Source: an uncultured bacterium
GTDB lineage: Bacteria; Bacteroidota; Rhodothermia; Balneolales; DATFMH01
Length of the DNA: 64,000 nucleotides
Reading direction: 5' to 3'
Assembly: GCA_963712305.1 (NCBI GenBank)
Contig: CAVQHI010000002.1
Coordinates: forward strand, 1,322,440-1,386,439
A program made the translations under genes and the position numbers. The notes beneath the pieces are model-generated. The model searched no databases, had not been told where the DNA came from, and was given only the letters and a program-made list of their open reading frames with translations. This document shows positions 47,536 through 58,630 of this stretch, piece after piece. Numbering within the stretch: position 1 is the stretch's first letter; each line of letters begins with the position of its first letter.

Positions 47536-47922
47536 GTAAGTTACTGATTAATATGTTAATTGGGAGTTATTGACTTCCTGTTTACAATTAACAGTCACAT
47601 ATCAACAGATATCTTGATTTATTATGTGGCAGCCCGTGCAGGGAAGATGCGTGGATTTTCTAAGTTTGCCATGCAAAACGTGGATAATATCAGATCTTAT
47701 AAGCAATCTAACATGTTGCCAGTTCTGCATTTCGGCATTTGAATAATTCCGTGTAAATTCGATAATAAAGAGAACAGGGTATACGTAGTAATACCCATAT
47801 TCTGAAATCTGTGTAATTACGTGTTTTTGAGGTTGGGAGAGCCGACAAAATGTTTGCGGGTCAGTCCGCTTAGGTTATCGTTGATAGCTGTCAGTAACAA
47901 ATCTTTGGGATTTGTCGCCCTG

Positions 47923-50900
47923 ATGGTTCTGTGTACATTTGTGCAGGCGATAGCTGCAGCCGAATCCGGTGTCCCCGAAATACACAGGTACCCCCCAAGT
48001 CTTTACCATGCCAGTTCCCAGAATTGGTCGGCCATCCAGGATAAAAACGGGATTATGTATTTTGGGAATACAAATGGGATCCTCAGATATGATGGTGTGA
48101 ACTGGCACCTGATCCGGACCGAAAAGAATACGACTGTCCGGGCCCTGGCCATGGATAAGGATGGAAGAATTTACGTAGGAGGGCAGAGTGAGTTCGGATA
48201 CCTTGTGCCTGATTCCAGCGGTGTGCAGAAGTTCCATTCACTCGTTCCGAAACTGCGTCCGGAGGAACGGAATTTCACAGATGTTTGGAATGTATATATC
48301 GCCAGTGACGGCATTTATTTTGTATCCTCTGAGCGTTTATTCCGGCTCGATCAATATGGCTTCGTTCAAAGCTGGAAAGCTAAGTCATCCATCTTTAATT
48401 CCTACCTGATTGACGGTAAGGTTCTGATCGACGATAAGAAAAACGGCTTGATGGGACTTGATAATGACAATCTTGTTGCTGTTCCGGGTGCCGGTGAATT
48501 TACCAAAATCAACACCTGTTCAATCCTGCCGTACAATGGCTCGACGAAACTTGTTGTTACTGCCAGTCAGGGTTTATTTCTGTATGATGGCAATCATATT
48601 CGGCATTTCAAGACCTATGCCGATTCGCTCATTGAGAAATCGGAACCATATGTGGCAAAGAAAATCCTGGATGGAACATACCTGATCGGTACTCTCAAAA
48701 ATGGCTTGATCAATATCGATAAAGATGGTTATCTGCTGCGGGTAATCAACAAAAAGAATGGCCTTCAGGACAACGCTGTTCTAAATATTTTTCAGGACCG
48801 CGATCTGAATGTGTGGGTGATGCATGAAAACGGCATCTCCCGGGTATCGTGGTTTTCTCCCTTTTCGTATTTCTCTGAGCCTCTGTATAACCTGCACGGG
48901 AGCATCGAATCCATTGTCCGAACGGGAAATAGTCTTTATCTGGCGACAGGAATGGGTGTGTACGAGCTTGTCGACGATTTCGGGAACTACGAAAAGAACC
49001 AATACGCATTTCATCCTGTTCAAGGTATTAATGATCAGGCATGGAAAGTTTTGGCGACCTCACATGGTCTGCTTGCAGCGACCTCGGGTGGAGTGTATAG
49101 CATTAGTGGAGCTAAATCGACATCACTGTTGTCAGATGAGGCTTTTTCGTTATTTATGCCCGAGAACGACAGTACAACTGTTTTTGCCGGTCTTGCTAAC
49201 GGCGTGGCCATATTAAATCTACACGGATCGGAGTGGAAGTTTACCGGACGCATTCCGGGAATCACCCGCCAGATTAGAAGCATTTACCAGGATTCATACG
49301 GCTTGTTGTGGCTTGGTACCGATTACCAGGGCGTTGTAGTGGCTGATTACAGGGGAGATGGCCACTGGAATGTTGAAGATTATGGTACCGCCGATGGTCT
49401 GCCAGCTGGATCGAATACTGTCGTGGCGGTGGACAGTCGAGTGTATATAGGCACAGAAAAAGGATTCTATCGTCCTGTTCGTGGTACCACATACGCTGAC
49501 AATAAAACAAGATATCGTTTTGAGACGACTAACCTGTTGTCTCATCAGACAGAACACAAAACCGACTTAACGCGTGTGTTTTCGGATCACAAAAACCGGC
49601 TGTGGTTTGTTACCCAGGACAGCATCGGTTATGCCACACGGCGATATGACGGTGCCTACGATTATCATTCATGGCCTTCGGGAAAATTTGTTGGTGATGA
49701 CATCCGGACAGTTTATGTGGATGGACAAACGGCGTGGTTTGGCGGTGCAGGTAAACTTATCGAGTGTGATCTAAAGCAGGCTTTTTCGGTTAAACCTTCA
49801 TTCCGGGTGTATCTGACGAATGTACTACAATCACACTCGACCCCTTCAGGTGAGAACCAGAATGTGGCTGTTCATCCCTTAACAGAAAGTTCAAACGGGG
49901 ATGAGCTGAAATTACAGTCCGATCGATCATCCATCAGGTTTGATTATTCGGTTCCTGTCATTGGAAGTGATCCACAGACGATGTACCGTTACCATTTGGA
50001 CGGGTATCATAAGAAATGGTCTGGATGGTCAACAAGTCCGTACAAAGAATATTCAAACCTTCCGAACGGCAGTTATCAGTTTGATGTACAGGCGAGAAAT
50101 TCAGCGGGCTACCTGAGCAAGATAAGCAGTTTTCAATTTGAGGTGCTGCCACCGTGGTACAAGACAAAGTGGGCCTATATTTCTTATATGCTGGGGATTC
50201 TGTTGCTCTGGTATGTGATCGACCGTGGTCGGTTACAGCTGCTGCGACATCGTAATATTCATCTCGAGGAAGTTATCTCGGAACGAACAGAGCAGGTTCT
50301 TGATCAGAACAGCAAACTCGAAGAATCAAATTCGAAATTGCAGCGCATCAATGAGCTTCAGAAGGAGTTTCTGGGTACGGTATCGCATGACTTACGCAAT
50401 CCGCTGGGGGCGATTCAGAGCATTTCCGAGATTTTGATGGAAGAGATCGAGAAAGGGGAAGACCCCAAAGAATTGCTCGAACGAAATCGCCAGGCGTTCA
50501 GCATGATCAATGACAGTGCTCATTACATGAGTGAGATTATAAGCAACCTGCTTGATGTTTCGGCGCTGGAGGCCGGGCGTGTTGCTTTACAGTGCAACGA
50601 TTTCGATTTTGTTGAACTGTTGCGTAAGGTATTGCCCAATTTCAAGAACCAGGCCGAACGCAAAAATATTCATATCGAAGCGACGGCACCGGAACATTGC
50701 ATGATATCGGCCGACCAGAGCAGGATCAGACAGGTTATGGAAAATCTGATCAGCAACGCCATCAAATATTCTCCTCAGAGATCGGAAATACTGGTCGGTA
50801 TCTACCCGGAATCAACACGCGTGAAGAACGGTGTGCGTTTCAGCGTTTCGGACGAAGGTCCCGGACTTTCTGATGACGATAAGGGCAAATTATTCAAGAA

Positions 50901-51096
50901 ATTCCAGAGACTTTCAGCTACTCCAACCGGTGGTGAAAAATCGACCGGACTCGGATTATACATCACAAGATCACTTGTTGAGATGCATGATGGCCAGATT
51001 TGGGTGGAATCCAAGCCGGGGAAAGGTGCCACGTTTAATGTAGAGCTCCCAGTGAATGACGTAACTGCCTACTATGATTTAGAGGTTCACTCCTGA
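47923..51096 (+). CDS. Hybrid-type sensor histidine kinase with a periplasmic beta-propeller / Y_Y_Y sensor (no receiver domain)
   Basis: The ORF is open from the GTG at 47821. The ATG at 47923 gives a signal-like MVLCTFVQAIAAAE. Propeller repeats, Y_Y_Y region (YRYHLDGYHKKWSGW), one TM, HisKA (FLGTVSHDLRNPL) and HATPase (NAIKYSP, GLGLYITR). Confidence 0.85.
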   Translation: MVLCTFVQAIAAAESGVPEIHRYPPSLYHASSQNWSAIQDKNGIMYFGNTNGILRYDGVNWHLIRTEKNTTVRALAMDKDGRIYVGGQSEFGYLVPDSSGVQKFHSLVPKLRPEERNFTDVWNVYIASDGIYFVSSERLFRLDQYGFVQSWKAKSSIFNSYLIDGKVLIDDKKNGLMGLDNDNLVAVPGAGEFTKINTCSILPYNGSTKLVVTASQGLFLYDGNHIRHFKTYADSLIEKSEPYVAKKILDGTYLIGTLKNGLINIDKDGYLLRVINKKNGLQDNAVLNIFQDRDLNVWVMHENGISRVSWFSPFSYFSEPLYNLHGSIESIVRTGNSLYLATGMGVYELVDDFGNYEKNQYAFHPVQGINDQAWKVLATSHGLLAATSGGVYSISGAKSTSLLSDEAFSLFMPENDSTTVFAGLANGVAILNLHGSEWKFTGRIPGITRQIRSIYQDSYGLLWLGTDYQGVVVADYRGDGHWNVEDYGTADGLPAGSNTVVAVDSRVYIGTEKGFYRPVRGTTYADNKTRYRFETTNLLSHQTEHKTDLTRVFSDHKNRLWFVTQDSIGYATRRYDGAYDYHSWPSGKFVGDDIRTVYVDGQTAWFGGAGKLIECDLKQAFSVKPSFRVYLTNVLQSHSTPSGENQNVAVHPLTESSNGDELKLQSDRSSIRFDYSVPVIGSDPQTMYRYHLDGYHKKWSGWSTSPYKEYSNLPNGSYQFDVQARNSAGYLSKISSFQFEVLPPWYKTKWAYISYMLGILLLWYVIDRGRLQLLRHRNIHLEEVISERTEQVLDQNSKLEESNSKLQRINELQKEFLGTVSHDLRNPLGAIQSISEILMEEIEKGEDPKELLERNRQAFSMINDSAHYMSEIISNLLDVSALEAGRVALQCNDFDFVELLRKVLPNFKNQAERKNIHIEATAPEHCMISADQSRIRQVMENLISNAIKYSPQRSEILVGIYPESTRVKNGVRFSVSDEGPGLSDDDKGKLFKKFQRLSATPTGGEKSTGLGLYITRSLVEMHDGQIWVESKPGKGATFNVELPVNDVTAYYDLEVHS

Positions 51097-51225
51097 TCAT
51101 CATTACGGGGGATGAAATGATGGTTTATTGGGATATAATATTGAGGACTTTTATCCAGCTTGAAATGAAAGAGAATCCAATTTTCGAATCCTTCACATAT
51201 TCCATTTTTATAGTCAGTCGACGTA

Positions 51226-51639
51226 TTATTCAATCCCGGAAACCGGATCCGTTTCTCCCCGTTGCTTTTCGATCATATACTCAGTCACTGGTTTGCCACC
51301 GATAAGATGTTCCTGTATGATGCGTTCGAGAACCTCAGGCGTACATCGCTGATACCAAATCCCTTCAGGATAAACAACAGCAATTGGTCCATGCATGCAA
51401 ACTCGTAAACAATTCGCCTTTGTACGATATATTTGTCCATTTTGAGAGAGATTCAATTCTTTCAGCCTTCTTTTTAGAAAATCCCAGGATTTGAGGCCTT
51501 CCTCTTTTTTGCAGCATTTGGGCTTGGTCTGATCACAACAAAGAAAGATGTGTCTTTGAATATTTGAAATACCCAGTTCGTCGACCTTTGTGGCTAATTT
51601 CTTTTTAGACATAGATTCTGTTTGTCTGACCTGATTCAA
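51226..51639 (-). CDS. Thioredoxin-like [2Fe-2S] ferredoxin domain protein
   Basis: 137 aa. Cys pattern [14 protein letters not shown]...CLRVCMHGP. Confidence 0.6.
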   Translation of the reverse strand: MNQVRQTESMSKKKLATKVDELGISNIQRHIFLCCDQTKPKCCKKEEGLKSWDFLKRRLKELNLSQNGQIYRTKANCLRVCMHGPIAVVYPEGIWYQRCTPEVLERIIQEHLIGGKPVTEYMIEKQRGETDPVSGIE

Positions 51640-52865
51640 TTTGTACCGCCAACCGATGTTTCTCCCAGGATGGAATGAATCACAATATATTGATCATTGT
51701 GGGAAGAGGTGAAAAAAAGATAGTCATTTCCTCCAGGTGCGAGCTTTAAACGTTTATACATGAGGTCTGGTGTTTCGGGAAATCCTCGTGTGATGATATT
51801 CGCTTTTGTGATATGTTTCGTTTTCATATAGTTGCGAATGTCTTTGGCGTGTGCGGAAATGACTTGTATTGTTTGATAAATTTTACCCGGGAACTGACTC
51901 ATTAAAGCATTCGATGTAAGGAAAATCACCGAAGGGTGTATACGGGAGAGATTCATTGTTTGACCGAGATGGTCGATCATATCAGCTTTTATAAATGCCG
52001 GATCAGGATAGTACAAGTATTGTCCAATACGGGAAGCTCTACGCTGAGATGATTGATTGATTGGGCGCTGCAGCTGGTAGTTAATCTCGCCTTTTTTATC
52101 CAGTTGCGTAGCCCTGATGAAGGGATAGGCATTATTTGTAGATTGCAGCATAACAAGTATTTCCCGGCACTCGCCATCATATGACACGACATCGATATAC
52201 GATATCTCTGGCAACAACCGGACGGTATCCGTGATATCCATCATTGGAGAGAGCTTTAACAGGATGCGCTTAGCTTTTCGTTTCAGCAGATCGAGGTTGG
52301 CAACTACATCGGGTACACTATTCTGCAGGCTGATGACGCGGCGTCCATTGATACGACGGGATGGATCGACATAAATCAGATCGAAATGGTTATCCGGAAA
52401 GCCGGTGAGTATGTGTAATCCATCACCGTTTTTGACCAGGATATTATTAAGTCCAAGTCGCTCAAAATTGTATCGGGCCAGCAAGCACATAACAGGATTC
52501 GAATCGACATAGCAGAATTCGTTGAAGTGTTTAGAAAGAGCGGCGGAATCGACACCCAGCCCCCCGGTAAGATCCATAGCTGTTGTACCCCTGCATTCAG
52601 GGAGATTTCTTTTATACCGGGCCGTAGCCTCGCTTGATGACTGTTGCAACGCAGTCTCGTCCAGTAAAACGCCATGAGAAATCCATTCGGGTATTTTGGA
52701 TTTTGCTTTTTCCCTGCATGAGACTTGTTCAACGATTGCACGTGTTGGCCAGTCGTTGTGCTTTGAAAGTTGGAGAGCCAGTGATGCCGGATCCCGATTT
52801 TCAAATTTTGAAACAGTCCGAAGTATTTCAGGATCTATAATCTTGTAGAATTCTTCTTCAGTCAC
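51636..52865 (-). CDS. Class I SAM-dependent methyltransferase with a THUMP-like C-terminal domain
   Basis: 409 aa. [10 protein letters not shown] motif I. Overlaps its neighbours by 4 and 8 nt. Confidence 0.6.
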   Translation of the reverse strand: MTEEEFYKIIDPEILRTVSKFENRDPASLALQLSKHNDWPTRAIVEQVSCREKAKSKIPEWISHGVLLDETALQQSSSEATARYKRNLPECRGTTAMDLTGGLGVDSAALSKHFNEFCYVDSNPVMCLLARYNFERLGLNNILVKNGDGLHILTGFPDNHFDLIYVDPSRRINGRRVISLQNSVPDVVANLDLLKRKAKRILLKLSPMMDITDTVRLLPEISYIDVVSYDGECREILVMLQSTNNAYPFIRATQLDKKGEINYQLQRPINQSSQRRASRIGQYLYYPDPAFIKADMIDHLGQTMNLSRIHPSVIFLTSNALMSQFPGKIYQTIQVISAHAKDIRNYMKTKHITKANIITRGFPETPDLMYKRLKLAPGGNDYLFFTSSHNDQYIVIHSILGETSVGGTN

Positions 52866-53163
52866 TCTGTTTCTTTTTACTGTCAGAGTCGTTGTTTAGT
52901 GTTACCAATGTTGCACCCCAGCCGCCTGCTTCCGGACCTGCAAGCTGATAGTGGACAACCCGATCATCTTTCTCAAGAATCGATTGTACCAGCCTGCGTA
53001 ACGTTCCGGTTCCTTTGCCGTGGATGATCCTCAGATGATAGATATTTGCATCGATACAGGCCCCGATATAATCCGGAATAAGCATTTTGACGTCTTTCGG
53101 TGAAAACGTATGCAGATCTATAACACCATCGATTGGATATGGTACCGGATCTTCAGGCTGCAT
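52858..53163 (-). CDS. Smr-domain protein
   Basis: 101 aa. IDLHTF...LRIIHGKGTGTLRRLV Smr motif. Confidence 0.75.
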   Translation of the reverse strand: MQPEDPVPYPIDGVIDLHTFSPKDVKMLIPDYIGACIDANIYHLRIIHGKGTGTLRRLVQSILEKDDRVVHYQLAGPEAGGWGATLVTLNNDSDSKKKQSD

Positions 53164-53282
53164 GGATTAAATTGTAGTGATGTTTATCAGATGTCAGTAT
53201 TGAAGATAAACATACGAAACGACACAGGTAACTATTGCAGAAGGAACATCGTTTAACCCGACTGAAACAGTTTTTTAGAATA

Positions 53283-54167
53283 TCAATTGGGAGAGATGAC
53301 GTACCCTTTATTGGTGGAATTGAACTTCAGGTTGGCTGCCTGGCAGATATTGTTAAGCACTTCTTTGGGACCAGACGGGCGGGCAATAAAGATGGTCAGC
53401 GAATCTGTCAGGATCTGATTGTTGGTTGTACGGATCATAATATTGTAACGACGCTCCATTTCGCTAAAGATGACCGATAACGGCTGCGCCTCAAAGGAAA
53501 GACCATTTTGACGCCAGGATAAGATGTGAGACACATTCGCGTTATCCGGCATGGTTGGTGTCGGATGGTTCTTTGAGATTCGGCTTGTTTGGCCCGTGTG
53601 AAGCCTGACCTTCTTGTCGGGATTGGACCCGGGTGCAAAATCCAGTTTACCTTCAACCAGAGTTACGACGGTTTCATCTCCCGGATCCGAGTTCCAGGAT
53701 CGTACGTTAAACTTAGTGTTCACAGAGGTGATAATACCGTTACTTGTTTCAACTTCGAAGGGTTTGCTACTTCCATTCACCACAAAGAAAGCTTCACCGT
53801 TTAATTTTACTTTGCGTTCGATCCAGCCAAAGTTGCGATAGTATGTCAGGCTGGTTCCACTATTCAATTCAACGATGCTGTGATCAGGAAGAGCCGTTGT
53901 AATGTTTTGTCCATTGGGTGCTCTTATTACGATCGGATCCAGCCAGAGGTGGTACAACCCGGCCACAATCGCCAGAACTGTAAAACTGTAGAAAACTTTT
54001 TTGATGCCAGGCGAAGTGAGCCGGTCATGTTTTGGTTTCTCATCCGTTTCCTGAGAAAGATGCGGTTCCTCGGGAAATTCCGGAATGGTAAGTTCGCGGT
54101 TGTTTTCCTTCTCATTAACCGGGATAGTGTCAACCGTAATATTTTCTCTGTTATTAAGACTGCTCAT
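53283..54167 (-). CDS. FecR-family protein (anti-sigma-like)
   Basis: 294 aa. One TM (VFYSFTVLAIVAGLY) and a FecR periplasmic domain pattern (LPDHSIVELNSGTSLTY...VKLNGEAFFVV...FEVETSNG). Confidence 0.75.
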   Translation of the reverse strand: MSSLNNRENITVDTIPVNEKENNRELTIPEFPEEPHLSQETDEKPKHDRLTSPGIKKVFYSFTVLAIVAGLYHLWLDPIVIRAPNGQNITTALPDHSIVELNSGTSLTYYRNFGWIERKVKLNGEAFFVVNGSSKPFEVETSNGIITSVNTKFNVRSWNSDPGDETVVTLVEGKLDFAPGSNPDKKVRLHTGQTSRISKNHPTPTMPDNANVSHILSWRQNGLSFEAQPLSVIFSEMERRYNIMIRTTNNQILTDSLTIFIARPSGPKEVLNNICQAANLKFNSTNKGYVISPN

Positions 54168-54683
54168 AATTGATTGTATGATCCGATTGAACAGTTTCTA
54201 TATCTGATTATAAGTTACCAGTTATAGATGCATTTATCCTATAGAAATCTCTAAGAATCAGAGAATTTGAGTAAATACCTGTCGAATTGGTTATCGCTAT
54301 ATTAAATGTGTACTTAAATGTGCAACAAATACTTTCAGTGTTCTTGACGAATTTGCCCTTGTCAAATGATCGCATTATTACCTCCGTTTTAGCAGATTAT
54401 TAATGAAGTAGGGGGTAATAATCTTTGCTCTATCTTATGGTTGCAATTAATGAGTTCAGGATCAAGTTACATATCAATAATATTTGGCCTGAAAGCGGTT
54501 TTAAGGTCACTTTTTCCGTTAGAAAAAGCCAATCTCAGTGCCGGGTAAGTATACTTTATTAGATATTTTAAATTGACACGGAACAAGTGGCCAGGTTTCG
54601 CAGGGTACAAGAAGGGCAGATATAAAAAAAGCCCCTGGCAGATATCCAGGAGCTTTTCAATTAAATAAAATACGAAAAATTGA

Positions 54684-55130
54684 TCACGACATCTTAGCTG
54701 TCCATGATGTGCAGTGTCCATTAGGATTAACAGGCCCCTTGAACAACTGGCAACCACCGCATTTATCGCCGTATTTGTCAGCGAGATAGAAGTTGCAGTT
54801 GCTGCAATGTTTGTCAGGATAAGGGGTCTTGTTTGTATACTGCAGAGTCTTACGGGTTTTCAGATCTTGCTCGGGTACACCGCTAAGATCGCTGCATGGG
54901 TCATCAGCAGATGCCGTCTCGCCATTAGAAGTGGCTTGTCCTGCCATGCTATTATCGCTTTCAGTTGATTGATTGCTGGCCTCTTTATTGCCACCGCCAC
55001 TGCATGCGGCAAGAATGGAAGATGCACCTAAGCCGGCGACACCGGCAAATGATAGTTTCTTCAAAAAATCCTTGCGAGTGATTTTGTCGTTACTCATAAG
55101 ATTACGCCTTTTGGATGTTTTAAAATTCAA
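54684..55130 (-). CDS. High-potential iron-sulfur protein (HiPIP) with a Tat/lipoprotein-type signal
   Basis: 148 aa. TRKDFLKKLSFAGVAGLGASSILAAC signal. C-terminal CSNCNF...CGGCQLF...GHCTSW HiPIP Cys pattern. Confidence 0.8.
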   Translation of the reverse strand: MNFKTSKRRNLMSNDKITRKDFLKKLSFAGVAGLGASSILAACSGGGNKEASNQSTESDNSMAGQATSNGETASADDPCSDLSGVPEQDLKTRKTLQYTNKTPYPDKHCSNCNFYLADKYGDKCGGCQLFKGPVNPNGHCTSWTAKMS

Positions 55131-55403
55131 GCTATTCTATCAATTCTAGCCGTTAGATCAAATCTAAATTGATTCAGAATCCGGCTATCTTACTTACAGA
55201 ATAGATATTGCTTATCTAAGCGTTGCAGCTGCATTAATATACACTAAAGTCACGATGATGGTGAACAAATCGGGTATTGTATTGGTTCCAAAACGATGTG
55301 GAAGTAGAAAAATCAGAAGATTCGATTCGAGGGAATTCACGTTTCGCGTCGTTTGATGTTTATATTTGTCCAAAACTAACGATTCACAAAAAATTTCCAT
55401 TCC

Positions 55404-55985
55404 ATGTCTTTTATCAATCATGACTTACTCATCTGGGTGATCATTCCTGTTTTAATTTTTTGCGCTCGTATTTGCGATGTATCACTCGATACGGTTCGCG
55501 TCATATTTGTGATTAACGGCAAGAAAAATATGGCACCGCTGCTGGGTTTTTTTGAGGCATTAATCTGGCTTATCGCAATCAGCCAGATTATCCAAAATCT
55601 GAATAATGCGATCGGATACTTTGCGTATGCCGCTGGTTTTGCTGCTGGAAATTATGTAGGGATGCTCATCGAAGAGAAGCTGGCGATGGGACATGTTATT
55701 ATCAGGGTCATAACGCGCAGGTCGGCTCAGATGCTTATCAAAAAAATGATTTCCAAGAACTACCGGGTCACGGCAATCGAGGGACGGGGAAGTGCCGGCA
55801 GGGTGGACATCGTTTTTGCCGTAGTTCGCAGAACTACGATTCCTCAAATCATCGATATCATCAAACAGTTCAACCCTAGAGCGTTTTATACCATTGAGAA
55901 TGTGCGGTCAATCAGTCAGGCCGACGAAGATATTCCTTATCAGCCAATGATTCGCCGCAGGTTTATGCGTTTCTTAAACCCATGA
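55404..55985 (+). CDS. DUF2179/UPF0316-family membrane protein
   Basis: 193 aa. N-terminal 3 TM (ARICDVSLDTVRVIF) plus a C-terminal DUF2179-like alpha/beta domain. Confidence 0.7.
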   Translation: MSFINHDLLIWVIIPVLIFCARICDVSLDTVRVIFVINGKKNMAPLLGFFEALIWLIAISQIIQNLNNAIGYFAYAAGFAAGNYVGMLIEEKLAMGHVIIRVITRRSAQMLIKKMISKNYRVTAIEGRGSAGRVDIVFAVVRRTTIPQIIDIIKQFNPRAFYTIENVRSISQADEDIPYQPMIRRRFMRFLNP

Positions 55986-56072
55986 ATACAATCAATGTCC
56001 TGCTTGTCTTTGCTATTCGTTCGGTTTGTGAATAGATTACATGTATAGACAACTATATGTTTGGAAACTTTC

Positions 56073-56858
56073 ATGGAAATACAACAGTCCAGCCTCGTAC
56101 CTAAATACTATCAGATATATGAGGACTTGCTCAATGATATCAGGGAAGGCAAGTTCCAGGAAGGAGACCGTTTCCCCAGCGACACGGAATTGGTTGAACG
56201 ATACAAAGTGAGCCGCGGGACGATTCGTGAGGCTGTAAAACTGTTGCTGCAGAGAGGATACCTGTTACGCCAGCAAGGCAAGGGTACCTTTGTCACATAC
56301 CGAAAAATTCAGCAGGATCCCGAGAAATTAACGGGTTTCACCGAGCTGATGAAGATGCATAACATAAAACCGTCTGCCCGTTTAATAGAACTGTCTACGC
56401 GGAAACCAAGCCGGCGTGTGGCTCGACTGCTGGGATTGGTAGGAGAAGACAAAGTGGTGAAAATTCAGCGCCTCCGGTTGGGTGATGAGCAACCATTGAT
56501 TATCGAACGATCCTTTTTTGTATACGATCTTTTCCGGCCAATTCTCACTTATGATCTTGAAAACTCATCTATCTTCGAGCTTCTTTACAAACACACCTCT
56601 ATCCGTTTGGGAGAGGCATCGCAGAGCATAGAGGCAATAAGCGCTGCCCAGGCTGAACAGGAACTGCTCAATGTGCCGGTTGGAACTCCTCTGCTGCTGA
56701 TAAGGCGGCTCATCAAGACAAGCGAGGGCCGTTTTTTTCAGTATTCAGAAGATGTGTACAGAAGCGATCGGATCAGTTTTACAACAACAACCGGTCCTTA
56801 TGATTCTTATCACGATGCACATGGACTTCCACTCGATCTGATGGAAAATGATTTGTGA
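56073..56858 (+). CDS. GntR-family transcriptional regulator (HutC/UTRA subfamily)
   Basis: The likely start is MEIQQSS at 56073 (the ORF is open from the TTG at 56061). Winged HTH PSDTELVERYKVSRGTIREAVKLL and a UTRA effector domain. Confidence 0.85.
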   Translation: MEIQQSSLVPKYYQIYEDLLNDIREGKFQEGDRFPSDTELVERYKVSRGTIREAVKLLLQRGYLLRQQGKGTFVTYRKIQQDPEKLTGFTELMKMHNIKPSARLIELSTRKPSRRVARLLGLVGEDKVVKIQRLRLGDEQPLIIERSFFVYDLFRPILTYDLENSSIFELLYKHTSIRLGEASQSIEAISAAQAEQELLNVPVGTPLLLIRRLIKTSEGRFFQYSEDVYRSDRISFTTTTGPYDSYHDAHGLPLDLMENDL

Positions 56859-57040
56859 CTATCTGACGTCTTTTTTTCACTATTGATCTTATTGCCATTC
56901 TTTGAATAATTCTGTCGATTGGATATGTTTTATCTTATTTCTTTGATTGAAAAGCACATCCATAACTATTAGAATCCTGATCGGGTGATTATTTTTTAAA
57001 AAGTAGTTGACAAGCTGTAAGCGGTTTCAGACATTATGCA

Positions 57041-57068
57041 ATGTTTGGTTGTCTATACAACCAAACAT
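57041..57068. promoter_or_regulatory. 28-bp near-perfect palindrome upstream of glpK (candidate GntR/HutC operator)
   Basis: atgtttggttgtct|atacaaccaaacat; the arms match 13/14. The core ggttGTcTAtACaacc fits the HutC-family GT-N-TA-N-AC pattern. It lies 36 bp before the glpK ATG at 57104. The half-site tgtatagacaac recurs at 56042-56053, upstream of the GntR gene. Confidence 0.55.
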
Positions 57069-57103
57069 TTTTATTTTGATTAATGATAATGGGAGCGATG
57101 ATC

Positions 57104-58603
57104 ATGGATAAAAAATATGTTTTGGCAATTGACCAGGGGACAACGAGTTCGCGCGCAATCCTTTTTGATCATTCCGGAAACATCGTATCAGTAGCTCAAA
57201 AAGAGTTCGAACAGCACTTTCCTCATCCCGGATGGGTTGAACATGACCCAAACGAGATATGGACCAGTCAGGCTGGAGTAATAGCAGAAGCCATCACGAA
57301 AGCTGGTGTCAACGGCAAAAATATTGCTGCAATCGGTATCACCAATCAGAGAGAGACAACCATTGTCTGGGACCGGGAAACCGGCGAACCTATATATAAT
57401 GCCATTGTCTGGCAAGACAGGCGTACATCCGATTATTGTGATTCTTTGAAAGACCAGGGATTGTTGCCAAATATTCAGGAAAAAACGGGCCTGATCATCG
57501 ATTCCTACTTCTCGGGAACCAAAATCAAGTGGATACTGGATCATGTGGACGGCGCCAGGAAACGGGCAGAACAGGGCAAACTGGCATTTGGAAACGTGGA
57601 CAGCTGGCTGGTCTGGAAGTTTACCCAGGGAGAAAAACACATTACCGACGAGACCAATGCATCACGGACTATGTTGTATAACATCCGTGAACGGCACTGG
57701 GACAATGAGCTGCTGGAACTGATGGATATCCCACAGAGCATGCTGCCGGAAGTGCACGCATCCAGCGAAGTGTATGGCGGTACAAAGACGACCATCTTTG
57801 CACATGAGGTTCCCTTGTCCGGAATAGCCGGAGATCAACAGGCTGCTCTGTTTGGACAGATGTGTTTGCAACCCGGCATGTTGAAAAATACCTATGGTAC
57901 GGGAGCTTTCATCATGTTCAATACCGGTGAAAAACCCATTCCATCCAAGAACAATCTACTGACCACGATTGCCTGGAGGAGGGATAATAAAACACTTTAT
58001 GCGCTTGAAGGAAGCATTTTTATTGCGGGCGCCGTAGTCCAGTGGCTGCGTGACGGTCTGGGGATCATAAAATCATCCTCGGACGTTGAGAAGCTTGCCA
58101 AAACGGTAGATGACAACGGTGGCGTCTATCTTGTACCAGCTTTTGCCGGCCTTGGAGCACCTCACTGGGACCAGTTTGCTCGCGGTACAATTGTGGGATT
58201 AACGCGCGGCAGCACGTCCGCTCACATTGCACGTGCTGCCCTCGAATCCATCGCGTTTCAAACGGCAGACGTGTTAAGAGCCATGGAATCAGATTCCGGA
58301 ATTAAAATTAAGGAACTGCGCGTCGATGGCGGGGCAACTGTTAATGACACGCTCATGCAGTTCCAGTCCGATATATTGGGCATTCCGCTTGTTCGTCCCA
58401 AAGTATCAGAAACCACAGCATTGGGAGCCGCATACCTGGCCGGCCTGGCAGTTGGCTTCTGGAAAAATACCGATGAAATTAAAGATCAATGGCAGGTTGA
58501 TAAGCGCTTTGAGCCGAATATGGCAGCTTCAAAGGTTAGTGAAATAACCGAGAGATGGCATAAGGCTGTAGAAAAATCGAAATTATGGATTGAAAAATCC
58601 TGA
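57104..58603 (+). CDS. glpK: Glycerol kinase
   Basis: The likely start is [17 protein letters not shown] at 57104 (the ORF is open from 57083). GlpK-typical throughout. Confidence 0.95.
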   Translation: MDKKYVLAIDQGTTSSRAILFDHSGNIVSVAQKEFEQHFPHPGWVEHDPNEIWTSQAGVIAEAITKAGVNGKNIAAIGITNQRETTIVWDRETGEPIYNAIVWQDRRTSDYCDSLKDQGLLPNIQEKTGLIIDSYFSGTKIKWILDHVDGARKRAEQGKLAFGNVDSWLVWKFTQGEKHITDETNASRTMLYNIRERHWDNELLELMDIPQSMLPEVHASSEVYGGTKTTIFAHEVPLSGIAGDQQAALFGQMCLQPGMLKNTYGTGAFIMFNTGEKPIPSKNNLLTTIAWRRDNKTLYALEGSIFIAGAVVQWLRDGLGIIKSSSDVEKLAKTVDDNGGVYLVPAFAGLGAPHWDQFARGTIVGLTRGSTSAHIARAALESIAFQTADVLRAMESDSGIKIKELRVDGGATVNDTLMQFQSDILGIPLVRPKVSETTALGAAYLAGLAVGFWKNTDEIKDQWQVDKRFEPNMAASKVSEITERWHKAVEKSKLWIEKS

Positions 58604-58630
58604 AATACAAATCTGAAAAGAGAGATTCTC

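Noticed and set aside
47821-47922. GTG start at 47821 for the histidine kinase
   Set aside because: The extension (MFLRLGEPTKCLRVSPLRLSLIAVSNKSLGFVAL) has no signal-peptide character. The ATG at 47923 gives a plausible signal/anchor (MVLCTFVQAIAAAE). The true start remains uncertain.
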